Source: Octopus sinensis
Taxonomy: Eukaryota
DNA: 64,000 bases
NCBI RefSeq assembly: GCF_006345805.1
Contig: NC_042998.1
Span: 149,854,001 to 149,918,000 of the forward strand
Reading direction: 5' to 3'
The position numbers and the translations under genes are program-made. Below are positions 1 to 11,295 of the stretch, one piece after another (the first letter of the stretch is position 1; every line of letters begins with the position of its first letter). The notes under the pieces were generated by a model, which saw only the letters and a list, made by a program, of their open reading frames with translations, ran no database searches and was not told where the DNA came from.

Positions 1-1089
1 TAATGGTCAACACTTATAACATATATTACTACAAATACTGCCAGGATAATCCTAGTAGTTGCAAAACATCTCTTTCGAATTAAATACAGATCAATAAGCT
101 ATGTAACGGATATAGTGTTAAGAGAAGCTATACCTGCTTAGAAAATATTACTTCCTGTATCAAAATTCATAACCGAAATCGTACATACACACCGATTTAA
201 CCGTAGCAATCACTGTAACAGCCGAAATCAAACCACCTTTCTGAGTGGATTCTCTTCTGCTAAAGCTGTGGTATATAGAGCGACATTCATCCAATTCAAC
301 TGTAACTACATAAACTATGCGTCACTCACTGTTAACAGTTTCAAAGGATGGTATAACCAACATCTGCACACCTTTATGTCCAAGAACAGGCAAAACTCTA
401 CTTCTTGATCCAATTCTATTTAGAAACTCAGAGACCAAGGACCTGACTGCCCAACTATATTTTGGAACATCACGTGTACTACGTCATGCTCTAATGAAAT
501 ACGTAACTGCAAACTCTGCCTTCAATCGAAAATTTCGACGTAATTTCCGATTTTGCAGTTGACAATTTCTCTAATAACAATTTCAACTAATCGAACTGGA
601 AAATAACACAAGCTAGGCTACAACAAACGTGAATAATGATGAGTAGCCACGAAAGCTAATCTCGGCTCAGTTACTGCTTTACAATTTAGAAGCATTATAT
701 GGTGACAATGTCATCACGTGATCTGCCTCTACAGCTGGGAACCAATTTTATCAACTATCAATAAGGACCTGCCATTCAGGTTGTTTGCGCCGAAATTTTA
801 GTTTATGGTGAGCATCAGAATTATGCGACATGGGAGTTTTTCGTACTTATAAATCTCCGAGTAATCTCGAATTTAATGCTTTGATGATTTTCTTGACTTT
901 TATATTTGAACTTGATTCGGATGACGGATTCATTCTAGAATTAATCAAGCTTGTTCTGTTTTGGAAGGTTGTCATCGTTCAAGAATGTTCCTGTCGATGA
1001 TTTCTTTCTTCTTACACTTTGCAAAATTCACACACTCACACAAACGCACCCACCCAACACACACATACACATACGCACGCACGCACACG

Positions 1090-1128
<39 letters not shown>

Positions 1129-1134
1129 GTCTTT

Positions 1135-1325
1135 TGTTTCTTTTACTTGTTTTAGTTATTAGACTGCTGCCATGCTGGGGCAGCAGCCTGAAGGATAATT
1201 TGCCTGCAACTTATTTTATTGGTCCTTTTGCCGAACCAACAAGTTACGGGGACAGAAGCATATCAACATCGGCTGTCAAGTGGTGGTGAGGAACAAACAT
1301 AGGAATAAACGAGCGCACACAGATA
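1135..1325 (-). mobile_element. 3' fragment of tRNA-derived CORE-like SINE (family A)
   Basis: ttttacttgt...gactgctgccatgctgg...ttttgccgaacc..aagttacggggac matches the 3' half of the full copies at 1943-2473 and 53504-53912. Confidence 0.75.
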
Positions 1326-1329
1326 TATA

Positions 1330-1915
1330 TTTCCCGTCGTTCACCCGCGACGTCACTTCCGCTGCTGTCTCTCTCGCCTGGCTCTCTCAAGGTAATGGAC
1401 GACTTTTCTTCTTGCTCCGCTCGTCATCCATAAAAAATTCTGCGTTTGCAATACTTTTTTTCGTTCGGCGTCAACAGCCCTTCTTATCTTGTTTTTCCTT
1501 GTCCTGTCCTTTACTGTTTACGATTTGTACTGTCGTTACTGTCCTGTTTTTACCATTTTTTACCCCTCTGCGAAAAGATCTCATAATTTTAATTGATTTG
1601 CTTTTTGCAGGAAGGAAAGTTTTCTTGTCGAAGATACGTCTCGCTTTTATCCTTCGAAACGTAGAGTAGATGAAACCTTTAGCGACTGAAGGAGGGTTTT
1701 TTTCTTTGTGTTAATTGTCCCGTACTCTATTTTTTTTGCTGTTTCTAAATCAATGTCCAGTTCCTTTGGTTTGTGTCTATGTTTTCGTTTCTCATTGTGT
1801 TCGACGTCCCTTTGGTGTCCTGTACTCATATATGCGTGTATATGTACATGTAGAGGTAGGTACGTACATATATGTTTATATATATGCATATGTTTTATTT
1901 TATTCATTAATATAT
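1330..1915 (+). mobile_element. Non-coding PLE pseudo-LTR-like repeat (family P1)
   Basis: 1590-1915 is a close reverse complement of the tandem unit at 31365-31680 and 31822-32137 and is related to 9310-9620; abuts (TA)n; contains GAAACGTA and CTGAAG(G)A half-motifs. Confidence 0.6.
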
Positions 1916-1942
1916 TATATATATATATTTATATATATATTC

Positions 1943-2574
<632 letters not shown>

Positions 2575-2589
2575 TTTTTCCCTTTCTCT

Positions 2590-2622
2590 TTTCTGATGAA
2601 GTGCTTTGCTCGAAATGTCAAA
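2590..2622 (+). ncRNA. Degenerate minimal type I hammerhead ribozyme motif in a PLE-type terminal fragment
   Basis: ttt-CTGATGAA-gtgc ttt gctc-GAAA-t-GTC-aaa; one mismatch each in stem II and stem III. Confidence 0.55.
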
Positions 2623-2730
2623 CTCCTCCTTTTCACCGAACGTCGAGATAATGCATTCCTTCTGCATATCCTCTTATTATTCGCTAATTTTATTCATTTA
2701 TTTGAATTATTTGTTTGAATTGACTATATA

Positions 2731-4009
2731 CGAGGGGCGTTCAATAAGTAATGCCCCTGACCCACTTCCCATAGCAGTAGAGTAACGAAACTTGGCACAG
2801 TTATTAGTCTTTTTCTACATAGAAACCACCCAGAGTTACGCATTTCTCCCATCGTTTGATGCAGCTCTGGAGACCGTTTTTGTAGAAGAACCCAGCTTGG
2901 TCCTCCAACCTCAACGTGACTTCAGAAATCAAGGCTGCATCATCTGGGAAACGCTTTCCTTTCAAAAACAACTTCATGGCTGGGAAGAGGTGAAAATCAG
3001 AGGGTGCAAGGTCAGGAAAGTAGGGGGGATGGGGAGGAGTTCATAGCCATACGCCTGTGCCTCTGATCTGGCGACCATCGAGTTGTGGACCGGAGCGTTG
3101 TCCTGCAGGAGGAGGATGCCTTTGCTGATCTTGCCCCGCCTCTTGATTTTGATAGCTTCTCTTAATTTCCTCAAAGGTGAAGCATAATAGGCTCCTGCAA
3201 TTGTGGTACCCTTTGCCAGGAAATCTGTCATCACTACTCCGTCCTGGTCCCAGAAGGCTGTGAGCATGACCTTGCCAGCGGAGGGCTGCACCCTTGCCTT
3301 CTTTGGAGGGGGTGAGTCACGGTGCTTCCACTGCATTGACTGGGCTTTGGTCTCTGGATCATAGTGATGGACCCAGGTTTCATCCTGTGTAATCAGTCTT
3401 TTGAAAAATGTTGACTCATCTTCTTGGCACATCTCCAAATTCACCCTCGAGCACTCGAAACGTTCTTGCTTCTGGAAAGGCGTGAACAACCTGGGAATCC
3501 ATCTGGCAGACACCTTTTGCATATGCAAATGGTCATGAATGATAGTTTCCACAGACTCGGTACTAATCTTGACCTCATGGGCTATTTGGCGAATAATTAT
3601 GCGTCGATCTTCGAAAATGGCAGCCTCAATTTGACGGACAGATGCCTCATCAATGGCAACCAGATCTGGGAGCTGTTTCCACAGTTCCGACCATGATTGA
3701 ATTCACGATGCCAGCGTTTTACAAGATCATATAATGGGGCATCATCACCATAAGTTACTTTCATTTCATCAAAAGTCTCCCGTGGTGTGCGTCCTTTCAA
3801 ATACAAAAACCGGATCACTGCTCGACACTCAACAGGCTCCATTTCACACTTGACTCGGTTCAAACACCTGTAAATCAGAAACCACAGTTAATTCAGAGCT
3901 GTAATTTGCTACTTACAATATAGAAATATAAATAATTGCACATGCAAAATTTCAGCTAGATCAAACAACTGCAAGTGGGTCAGAGGCATTACTTATTGAA
4001 CGTCCCTCG
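2731..4009 (-). mobile_element. Full-length mariner DNA transposon (~1.28 kb)
   Basis: 37-bp terminal inverted repeats cgagg(g/g)(g/a)cgttcaataagtaatgcc(c/t)ctgacccactt with two mismatches; TA dinucleotide on both flanks (2729-2730, 4010-4011). Confidence 0.97.
2804..3842 (-). pseudogene. Mariner DD34D-type transposase, frameshifted
   Basis: N-terminal HTH MEPVECRAVIRFLYLKG; ARWIPRL (WVPHEL-like); ITQDETWVH; LLQDNAPVH; PPYFPDLAPSDFHLF in a shifted frame; ends GGFYVEKD-stop. Confidence 0.93.
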
Positions 4010-4017
4010 TAGATACA

Positions 4018-4133
<116 letters not shown>

Positions 4134-4163
4134 ACAAATGAAAGACAGAAGAATATATTACTA

Positions 4164-4264
4164 ATCACAATAATTGTTTCGACACATCTAGCATCGACCC
4201 TCTTGTGGGACACACAAAAGCTAGTTCAGGAGAATCCGTGGTGCTGACGTATCTCGTCGGATGA
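4164..4264 (-). ncRNA. Degenerate hammerhead-like motif with long stem II in a PLE-type terminus
   Basis: Minus strand tcat-CCGACGA-gatacgtc...gatgtgtc-GAAA-caattat-t-gtga; close to (TA)n. Confidence 0.4.
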
Positions 4265-4439
4265 TAAATAAATAAAAAATCTCATTAAAATGACTGTTCC
4301 ATAATGCGACTTTCCGTTTTGTAGAGAGAAAAACAGCTAGACGGAGGAAAATTTTTCATATATAAAGAAGACACAAAAATAAAATTGCAGAAGACAAAGA
4401 GAGAAACGAACACTTTATCCAGCGAGAAAAGTATATATA

Positions 4440-4604
4440 TACGACGGGCTTCTTTCAGCTTCTGTTTGCCAAATTCACTCACAAAGTTTTGTTCAGCCCA
4501 AGGCTATGGTAGAAGACTAAGAGACACTTGCTACGTGGAGGCACTGAACTCGGAACCTGTTGGTTAGGAAATAAACTTCTTACCAAACAGCCACGCCTGC
4601 ACCT
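4440..4604 (-). mobile_element. 5' part of SINE family A
   Basis: cgacgggcttctttcag...cttaccaaacagccacgcctgcacct matches family A head and core. Confidence 0.75.
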
Positions 4605-4874
4605 ATGTGTCTGTGTACGTGCTTATGTCTGTGTATGCATACGTACGCATACATATGCATTCATACTCTGAGTGCAGTATAGCAAAGACGCAAAAAGATG
4701 CACAATATGGTGGCTTTATACCTCCAGCCATATATATACATCTATGTTTCTCTTTTTTCCTTCCTCCTTGTCATCCTTCTACTTCTTCCTTCCCAGCTTT
4801 CATTCAATTTTTCCTTCTTTATCGTTCTTTTCTTTACCATATCTCTTCCTTCTCTACCTTACTTTCCCTTCCAC

Positions 4875-4953
<79 letters not shown>
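4875..4953. repeat. (TATC)n microsatellite
   Basis: Direct inspection. Confidence 0.95.
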
Positions 4954-5054
4954 GACTGACTATCTATCTCTTCTCATTCTTTAATTCTCTTTTACAATTT
5001 CCTTCCATTCATACCACTTTCGTAATTCGTTCTTCCCGGACCTCTTCCAAACGT

Positions 5055-5095
<41 letters not shown>

Positions 5096-5716
5096 ACACT
5101 CAATCTCTTCTTCTATGTCTTTCAATCCGTCTCTGTTCCCACCCTTCCATTTTCTCCATTCTCTACTTCTCCGCTTTCCTCTCTTTCGTTCCCATTCAAC
5201 CACCACACAAATCCCCCTTCCCCTACACATTACTTTCACTTTCCTACACTGACCTTTAAGCTATCCTCCACTCAAAAATCACCTTCACACCCACTCCTTT
5301 ACATTCATATCTTTTTTCCTACTTCGTTATACTTATATACGCTTCCCATAAACACGCATACAGACCCACATACGTACATATGTATATCTATCCATCCATC
5401 CATCTATACATACATACTCAAACATACACACACATATATACAGATTTACATGCATATGTTTATATACACGCACGCACACACACGTATTACTTATATGAAC
5501 ATATATATATTTATAGGCATATAAGTATGCACATATACACATGTACACATTAACATATATGTACATACATACACACAATATATATATACATGTATATATA
5601 TACATGCTAACGTATATATATATACATATATATACATATATATATATATGTATATATATATACACACACACACATATACATATATATTCGTATAAATGTA
5701 TGTATATATCTATATC

Positions 5717-5768
<52 letters not shown>

Positions 5769-6258
5769 TGTGTGTGTGTGTGTGGTGTAGATACATGTAT
5801 AATACACACGTACCCTCCATTTCATCCGCTCAACTTGCCGTATATACCATATATCATACACTATTTCTACCAGCTAGAGGTGGTAAGTCACACTTGACTG
5901 ATCACATAAACACCATTGCTAACCAACTCTTGAAATTTTATTTTGTTTTTTTTGTTTCTTTGTTTGTTTTTTTTTTCGGTGTTTTCTTTTCGATTTTTTG
6001 TTTTTAAGTTTTATGCCTGTCTTCTGTTTGGTCTTTATTTTCTTTTATATTTATACTTTTTTTCTTACTTTTATATTATACTTTTTTTCGTATTTTTCTC
6101 TATACTTTATTTTCTTCTTAATTTTTTTGCTGCTGTTATTGTCATTCTTTTCCGTGATATAAAATATTTTTCATTTTTACCCTCCCTCTTTTTGCGCATA
6201 AGAGCGGAAAAGGAGGATCCGGTTTCGTTAGCGATCCGTAACAGAACCGGAGGCAAGT

Positions 6259-6291
<33 letters not shown>

Positions 6292-6349
6292 CCACAAGTG
6301 TATGTGTATGTATGTGTGATATACATATATATATATATTATATATAGTT

Positions 6350-6398
<49 letters not shown>

Positions 6399-6707
6399 TA
6401 TACATATGGAATATACATACGTACATATACACCATAAGATGTATAACTAGAGTACAAGAGTACTCGGTGCATATTGTAGGATGGATGTATTTATTCAGTT
6501 GAAACTAGACATTTTGTTTGCTGTTACTCAGAGTTCCGCTGAACACTCGTCTGACAAATATTCTTGATGCTTCAGTTGTTTTACCACATGTACACACACA
6601 CACAGATAAACACATATACACACACACACATACACACGCACATCTGTGAGTAATCAATAATTAATGAAAAGTGTACTCAATACAAAACCTCGAGTTTAAG
6701 AAATATA

Positions 6708-6918
6708 TTCTTTTCTACTCTAGGCACAAGACCCGAAATTTTTGGCCAGGGGGCCAGTCGATTAGATCGATCCCAGTACGCAACTGGTACTTAATTTATC
6801 GACCCCGAAAGGATGAAAGGCATAGTCGACCTCGGCGGAATTTGAACTCAGAACGTAAAGACAAACGAAATACCGTTAAGAATTTCGCCTGGCGTGCTAA
6901 CGTTTCTGCCAGTTCGCC
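6708..6918 (-). mobile_element. tRNA-derived SINE (family B; Meta-like central domain)
   Basis: Minus strand ggcgaactggcagaaacgttagc...gagttcaaattcc...gcctttcatcctttcggggtcgataaattaagtaccag; near-identical layout at 54513-54725, fragments near 50450, 53205 and 59118. Confidence 0.85.
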
Positions 6919-8129
6919 GAGGAAAGATATCAGGTGTCGTTGTCGACCCTCTAAAATAGGCATTCCGCTAGACGGCAGCCATGGTGGAACAAAACAATAA
7001 GAAATGGAAGTACGCGTTGGCGAGAGACACTCCCTTTGCATTGGTTGAATGGATCTCACGTTGTTAACATGCTAAATCTAGCGTGCCTCAGAAAAAATTG
7101 TAACAGATTACGATCAAAGGGAAGTAAATGATGTAAATCTCCCCTTCTCCCTCTCCTGCTCTCATACTTGATATGTATACATGGTGTGTGTGTGTGTTTG
7201 TGTGTGTGTTTGTGTGTGGTGTGTGTGTTGGTATGCATGTATGTGTGTATATGTGTGTATATATATATATAAGTGTGTGTGTATATATACATACATATAC
7301 ATATATACTTACTCGCACACATACATACACACAAAGATGCATACATACGCATATACATACACACGCACACACATACATACATAAGTACAAACATATATAC
7401 ATATGCACACAACACATATACAAGGAATGCCTATATGCGTCAATGCTTCTATTTACACTTGTATACAATTGGATGTTACAAAGTCTGGCTTTAACAACCC
7501 TCGAATTGTTTCTACATTCCAACTGATAAAACGGTATCCAACCGTGGACTTCACATTGATACCCTTAAGACAGTTCATTTCGTTCAGTGAACTTATTTTT
7601 GGCAATGTAGTTACGCAAAGCCATGCTTGAGGAATGAATGTATGAAACTGCAAAAGTGACTCTTAATCTCATATCATGGAATCTGCAATTGAAACTAAAA
7701 TTTGATTAGTCGTATCCTCCATCGACAGCTGGAATCGATGGGAATATTCAGCAAAACTTAACATTCGAATGGTGCTTCTCTTAGTGACCCTTCTATTAAA
7801 CCTACCATGTAGGTTTCCATAAAGCCAAAGCTGAGTTATGGCGGCAACTGTTCTGGTAACTAAACAAATAGTCTCGTCATCTTGGCCTTCATATTTGCAT
7901 CACGTTTTAAGGAATCATTACAGCTTGAATTATTCAATACAGATCCTGGAATTTAATTCTGTGACGTGTTAGTTCAGTAGTATGCCGCATTCTGTCTCGC
8001 ATGACATTACACTACAAAGTTGTGTCAAAATGCAGAAGATTAATTAAAAGGAGGAATAAAATTGGAGTTCTTTGCTTGTTGACAGAACTTATTAACATAC
8101 CAAGCTAGATACATACATTTGTTCTTTTC

Positions 8130-8340
8130 TTTTAATCTGTTACTTTAGTTACGTGACTGCGGCCGTGCTGGAGTATCATATTCAAAGGTTTTAATCGAAC
8201 AAACCGACCCCAGGACTTATTTTTTAAGCCTAATAGTTATTCTATCGGTCTCTTTTGCCGAATCGCTAAGTTACTGGGACGTAAACACACCAGCGCCGGT
8301 TGTCAAGTGGTAATAGTAGGACAAACACAGATACGAAGAC

Positions 8341-8345
<5 letters not shown>
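8130..8345 (-). mobile_element. 3' part of SINE family A
   Basis: gactgcggccgtgctggag...gaccccaggacttat...ttttgccgaatcgctaagttac. Confidence 0.75.
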
Positions 8346-8383
<38 letters not shown>

Positions 8384-8544
8384 ATTAATCAAAGGACATA
8401 CTAAATATGTCTACCTGCTGGAAATAACAGTCAAAACTCTTATTTAAATCGCCAAAATACAGCGATGATAACTACAGAAATCAACCTCCCAAAGAAAAAC
8501 AGACTAAGACAATCTCTCAGCATACATTCAAGTATTTGGACTCA

Positions 8545-8593
8545 CGTAGACTTGTTTCTAGACTGACAAAATAGCCTCATCTTCCTCAGCACG
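8545..8593 (-). ncRNA. Type I hammerhead ribozyme motif
   Basis: Minus strand cgtg-CTGAGGA-agatgaggctattttgtcagtcta-GAAA-caa-GTC-tacg. Confidence 0.65.
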
Positions 8594-8821
8594 CGTTACC
8601 ATGATAGACACTCCCAACCCGTCGTGTACAAGTCTGTGCTGCAACTGATTCGTTTTGCGCCGAAATCATGGCAACCATCAGTGTGAAAATAATTTCAATA
8701 CGGAGAAAAATAAGAGAAAATATAATGAATTATTTGCTCCGTATTGCAATTTCGGCACAAAACGAATCTGTTGCAGCGCAGACTTCAACACGACGGGTCG
8801 GAGGTTTCTATTATGGTAAAG

Positions 8822-8870
8822 CGTGCTGAGGAAGATGAGGCTATTATGCCAGCGCAGAAACCGGTTCACG
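8822..8870 (+). ncRNA. Type I hammerhead ribozyme motif with palindromic stem III
   Basis: cgtg-CTGAGGA-agatga ggc tattat gcc agcgca-GAA-accggt-t-cacg; perfect stem I cgtg/cacg, self-complementary ACCGGT stem III. Confidence 0.7.
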
Positions 8871-9169
8871 TTAGTCCAAATAGTTCAATATACGTTAGGA
8901 GATTGTCTTAGCCCGTTTGCCTTTGGACGGTTAATTTCTGTAGTTATTATCAGTGTATTTTGTCGATTTAAATAAGAGTTGTGAGTGTTAAGTCCTTTGA
9001 TTAATTTTAAGCCTTCAACTATTTAATGCTTTGGGACGAGGCTGCAATCGCCTATATTATTGATTTTGTCATTACCATTTTTAAATTATTACACTAGATA
9101 ATAACAGAGTCAATGATATCTTCGCAAGTGAATTATTTTTTTCTCGTGAATTATTTGCTCCATATTGAA

Positions 9170-9210
<41 letters not shown>

Positions 9211-9218
9211 TATATATA

Positions 9219-9277
<59 letters not shown>

Positions 9278-9309
9278 GCATATATACATACATGTACATG
9301 CCTACATAC

Positions 9310-9960
9310 ATATGTATATAGACATGCATATATGGGTACAGGACGTCAAGAAACATGAACAACGTGAAAAACGAGAACATGAAAAACCAAAAACATGGAA
9401 AACGAACTTTTTTCGAACAACGAAACAAACAAAATGAGAAACGAGACAGGCAACATAAAGAACAATCCCTTAATTAGTTGTTCCCTGTTTTATCTACTCC
9501 GCATTTCGAACGTTTAGGACAAGATGCCTCTTCGTCTAAACAGTCGTTCTTGCAAAGCAAATTAAATAAAATTTGGGATTTGCGGAAGGTTAAAGTCTTA
9601 ACAAAAACAGGACAGTAAAAACAAACTTTAAGATCTGTCAAACCATAACGAGGTGAAGTGGTGAACGCTGAAGAAACAAGCTTTGACAGGAGACTGGCAA
9701 AAATGTGTGTTGTCTCTTGTAGCGCAAGGGGGAGAAAGAAAGATAGTCGCTGGTCACGTGTGAGCAATGAGAGAGTCAAGGAGGAAGAGTTAGGGAGGGA
9801 GAGGGAGACATAGAGAATGGTGAAGGGGAGGAGAAGAATTATACATAAATACACATACATACCTACACATATATGTATATACCCGTGCATACATGAGTAA
9901 AGAACTACAAAAAAGCGTGAACATGAATAACGAGAACATGAAGAAACAAATACATGGAAA
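9310..9960 (-). mobile_element. Diverged relative of the P1 PLE pseudo-LTR-like repeat
   Basis: gggtacaggacgtc...tctactccgcatttcgaacg...aaagcaaattaaataaaatt...aaaaacaggacagtaa aligns by eye with the reverse complement of 1500-1830; internal direct repeat acgagaacatga near 9370 and 9930. Confidence 0.5.
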
Positions 9961-9967
9961 TATATAT

Positions 9968-10083
9968 AGGCGCAAGCGTGGCTCTGAGGTAAGTAGCTAG
10001 CTTAACAACCACATGGTTTCGGGTCCATTCCCTCTGCGTGGCACCTTGGGCAAGTGTCTTCTAATATAGCCACGGGCCGACCA
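9968..10083 (+). mobile_element. 5' part of SINE family A, interrupted by an RTE tail
   Basis: aggcgcaagcgtggctctgaggtaag...ggcaccttgggcaagtgtcttc. Confidence 0.8.
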
Positions 10084-10255
10084 TGAAGCCCAGTTACAAC
10101 TACAGCCGGCTATTGACGGTAAAAGTTTTAGCTGCCAATTCTGTACAAAACATTGTAGATCTTTAACTGGGCTAAAAAGTCACGTTCGATCACAGCACCG
10201 TTAACAGTTAAGCCTCGTGCAATGGCTAAACTCGATAACGAGGGAGCAGCCATCA
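10084..10255 (+). mobile_element. Extreme 3' end of an RTE/BovB-like LINE (C-terminal C2H2-like motif, 3' UTR, (TGTA)n tail)
   Basis: Frame reads FSCQFCTKHCRSLTGLKSHVRSQHR-stop (10204), the CxxC..GLxSH motif seen at BovB-like ORF ends. Confidence 0.65.
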
Positions 10256-10264
10256 TGTATGCAT

Positions 10265-11040
10265 GTATGTATGTATGTATGTATTATATCATTATTCAGT
10301 TTATTTCAATATTTCTTGCCAATAGAGAAAGAGCCGCTTTCTAACCGATATTCAAGGTTTCTCATTGGAATTTCAACATCAACAACAGGGTATGTTTGTA
10401 TGTATGTATGTATGTATACACGTATGTATGTATGCATGTATGTATGTATGTATGTGTGAAGATTTGCATATTTTGCTTTGTGTTTATCTAGACATGCTCA
10501 TATATTTAAATGATAAACGCCTGGCAAGTTTTGCAGATTTTATAGTTCCAATGATGAATTGGATCTATAGTCTTCGAATTAGCTTTCTCCTTTCTGGTTT
10601 TGAGACACCTAATTTCTCAAGATTGGTATTTAGGCAGTGTGTTACTTATCCCAGGGCCCCAATAATTACAGGTATAAACTTGAACTTGTAATCTGGATAG
10701 AGTAACTGCAAGTATTCTCTTTTTCCTTGATCTTCAGCTTCATCTTAACACTCGCAGGGCAGCTAATTTCCACAGCTGTACACAGTTTCTCTTCTCTATC
10801 CCAAATCATTATATCAGATCTGTTGTGCTTACATTTTACTGAGGTTTTCACTGGGACATTCCACCAGTACTCCTTTTTATTATGAGTGGCTATGGCTTTC
10901 ACCATACTGTGGCTTCTTATTTCTTCGTCCTGGGGGTTATCTTTCAGACGGATTTCCTTATAGAATGTTCTAGCTACAACATCATATTTCATCAGTATGT
11001 AATACTATGATGACATTTTCGGACAACTTCTTATGATGTG
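10265..11040 (-). mobile_element. 5'-truncated R4/Dong-like LINE: CCHC remnant, restriction-like endonuclease and 3' UTR
   Basis: [17 protein letters not shown] (RHD-like); WWNVPVKT..HNRSDIMIWD..VEISCP..KIKEKE; FIPVIIGALG. Confidence 0.85.
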
Positions 11041-11099
11041 GGGGATATGGTATGTATGTAATTTTGTATGTGCATATATATATATACATACATGCATAT

Positions 11100-11159
<60 letters not shown>

Positions 11160-11209
11160 CATACATACATACATACATACATACATACATACATACATAC
11201 GTACATACA

Positions 11210-11241
<32 letters not shown>

Positions 11242-11260
11242 CATATATATATATATTATA

Positions 11261-11295
<35 letters not shown>

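Larger units (their letters stand above)
8381..9170. mobile_element. Inverted (head-to-head) pair of non-coding hammerhead-containing units, PLE pseudo-LTR/retrozyme-like
   Basis: 8434-8667 is the imperfect reverse complement of 8749-8980; 8383-8397 pairs with 8992-9006; the right unit has a short terminal direct repeat gaattatttgctcc(g/a)tattg near 8728 and 9148; both outer ends abut (TA)n. Confidence 0.75.

Noticed and set aside
317-562. 81-aa ORF as a host gene
   Set aside because: No recognisable motif or convincing splice context; left unassigned
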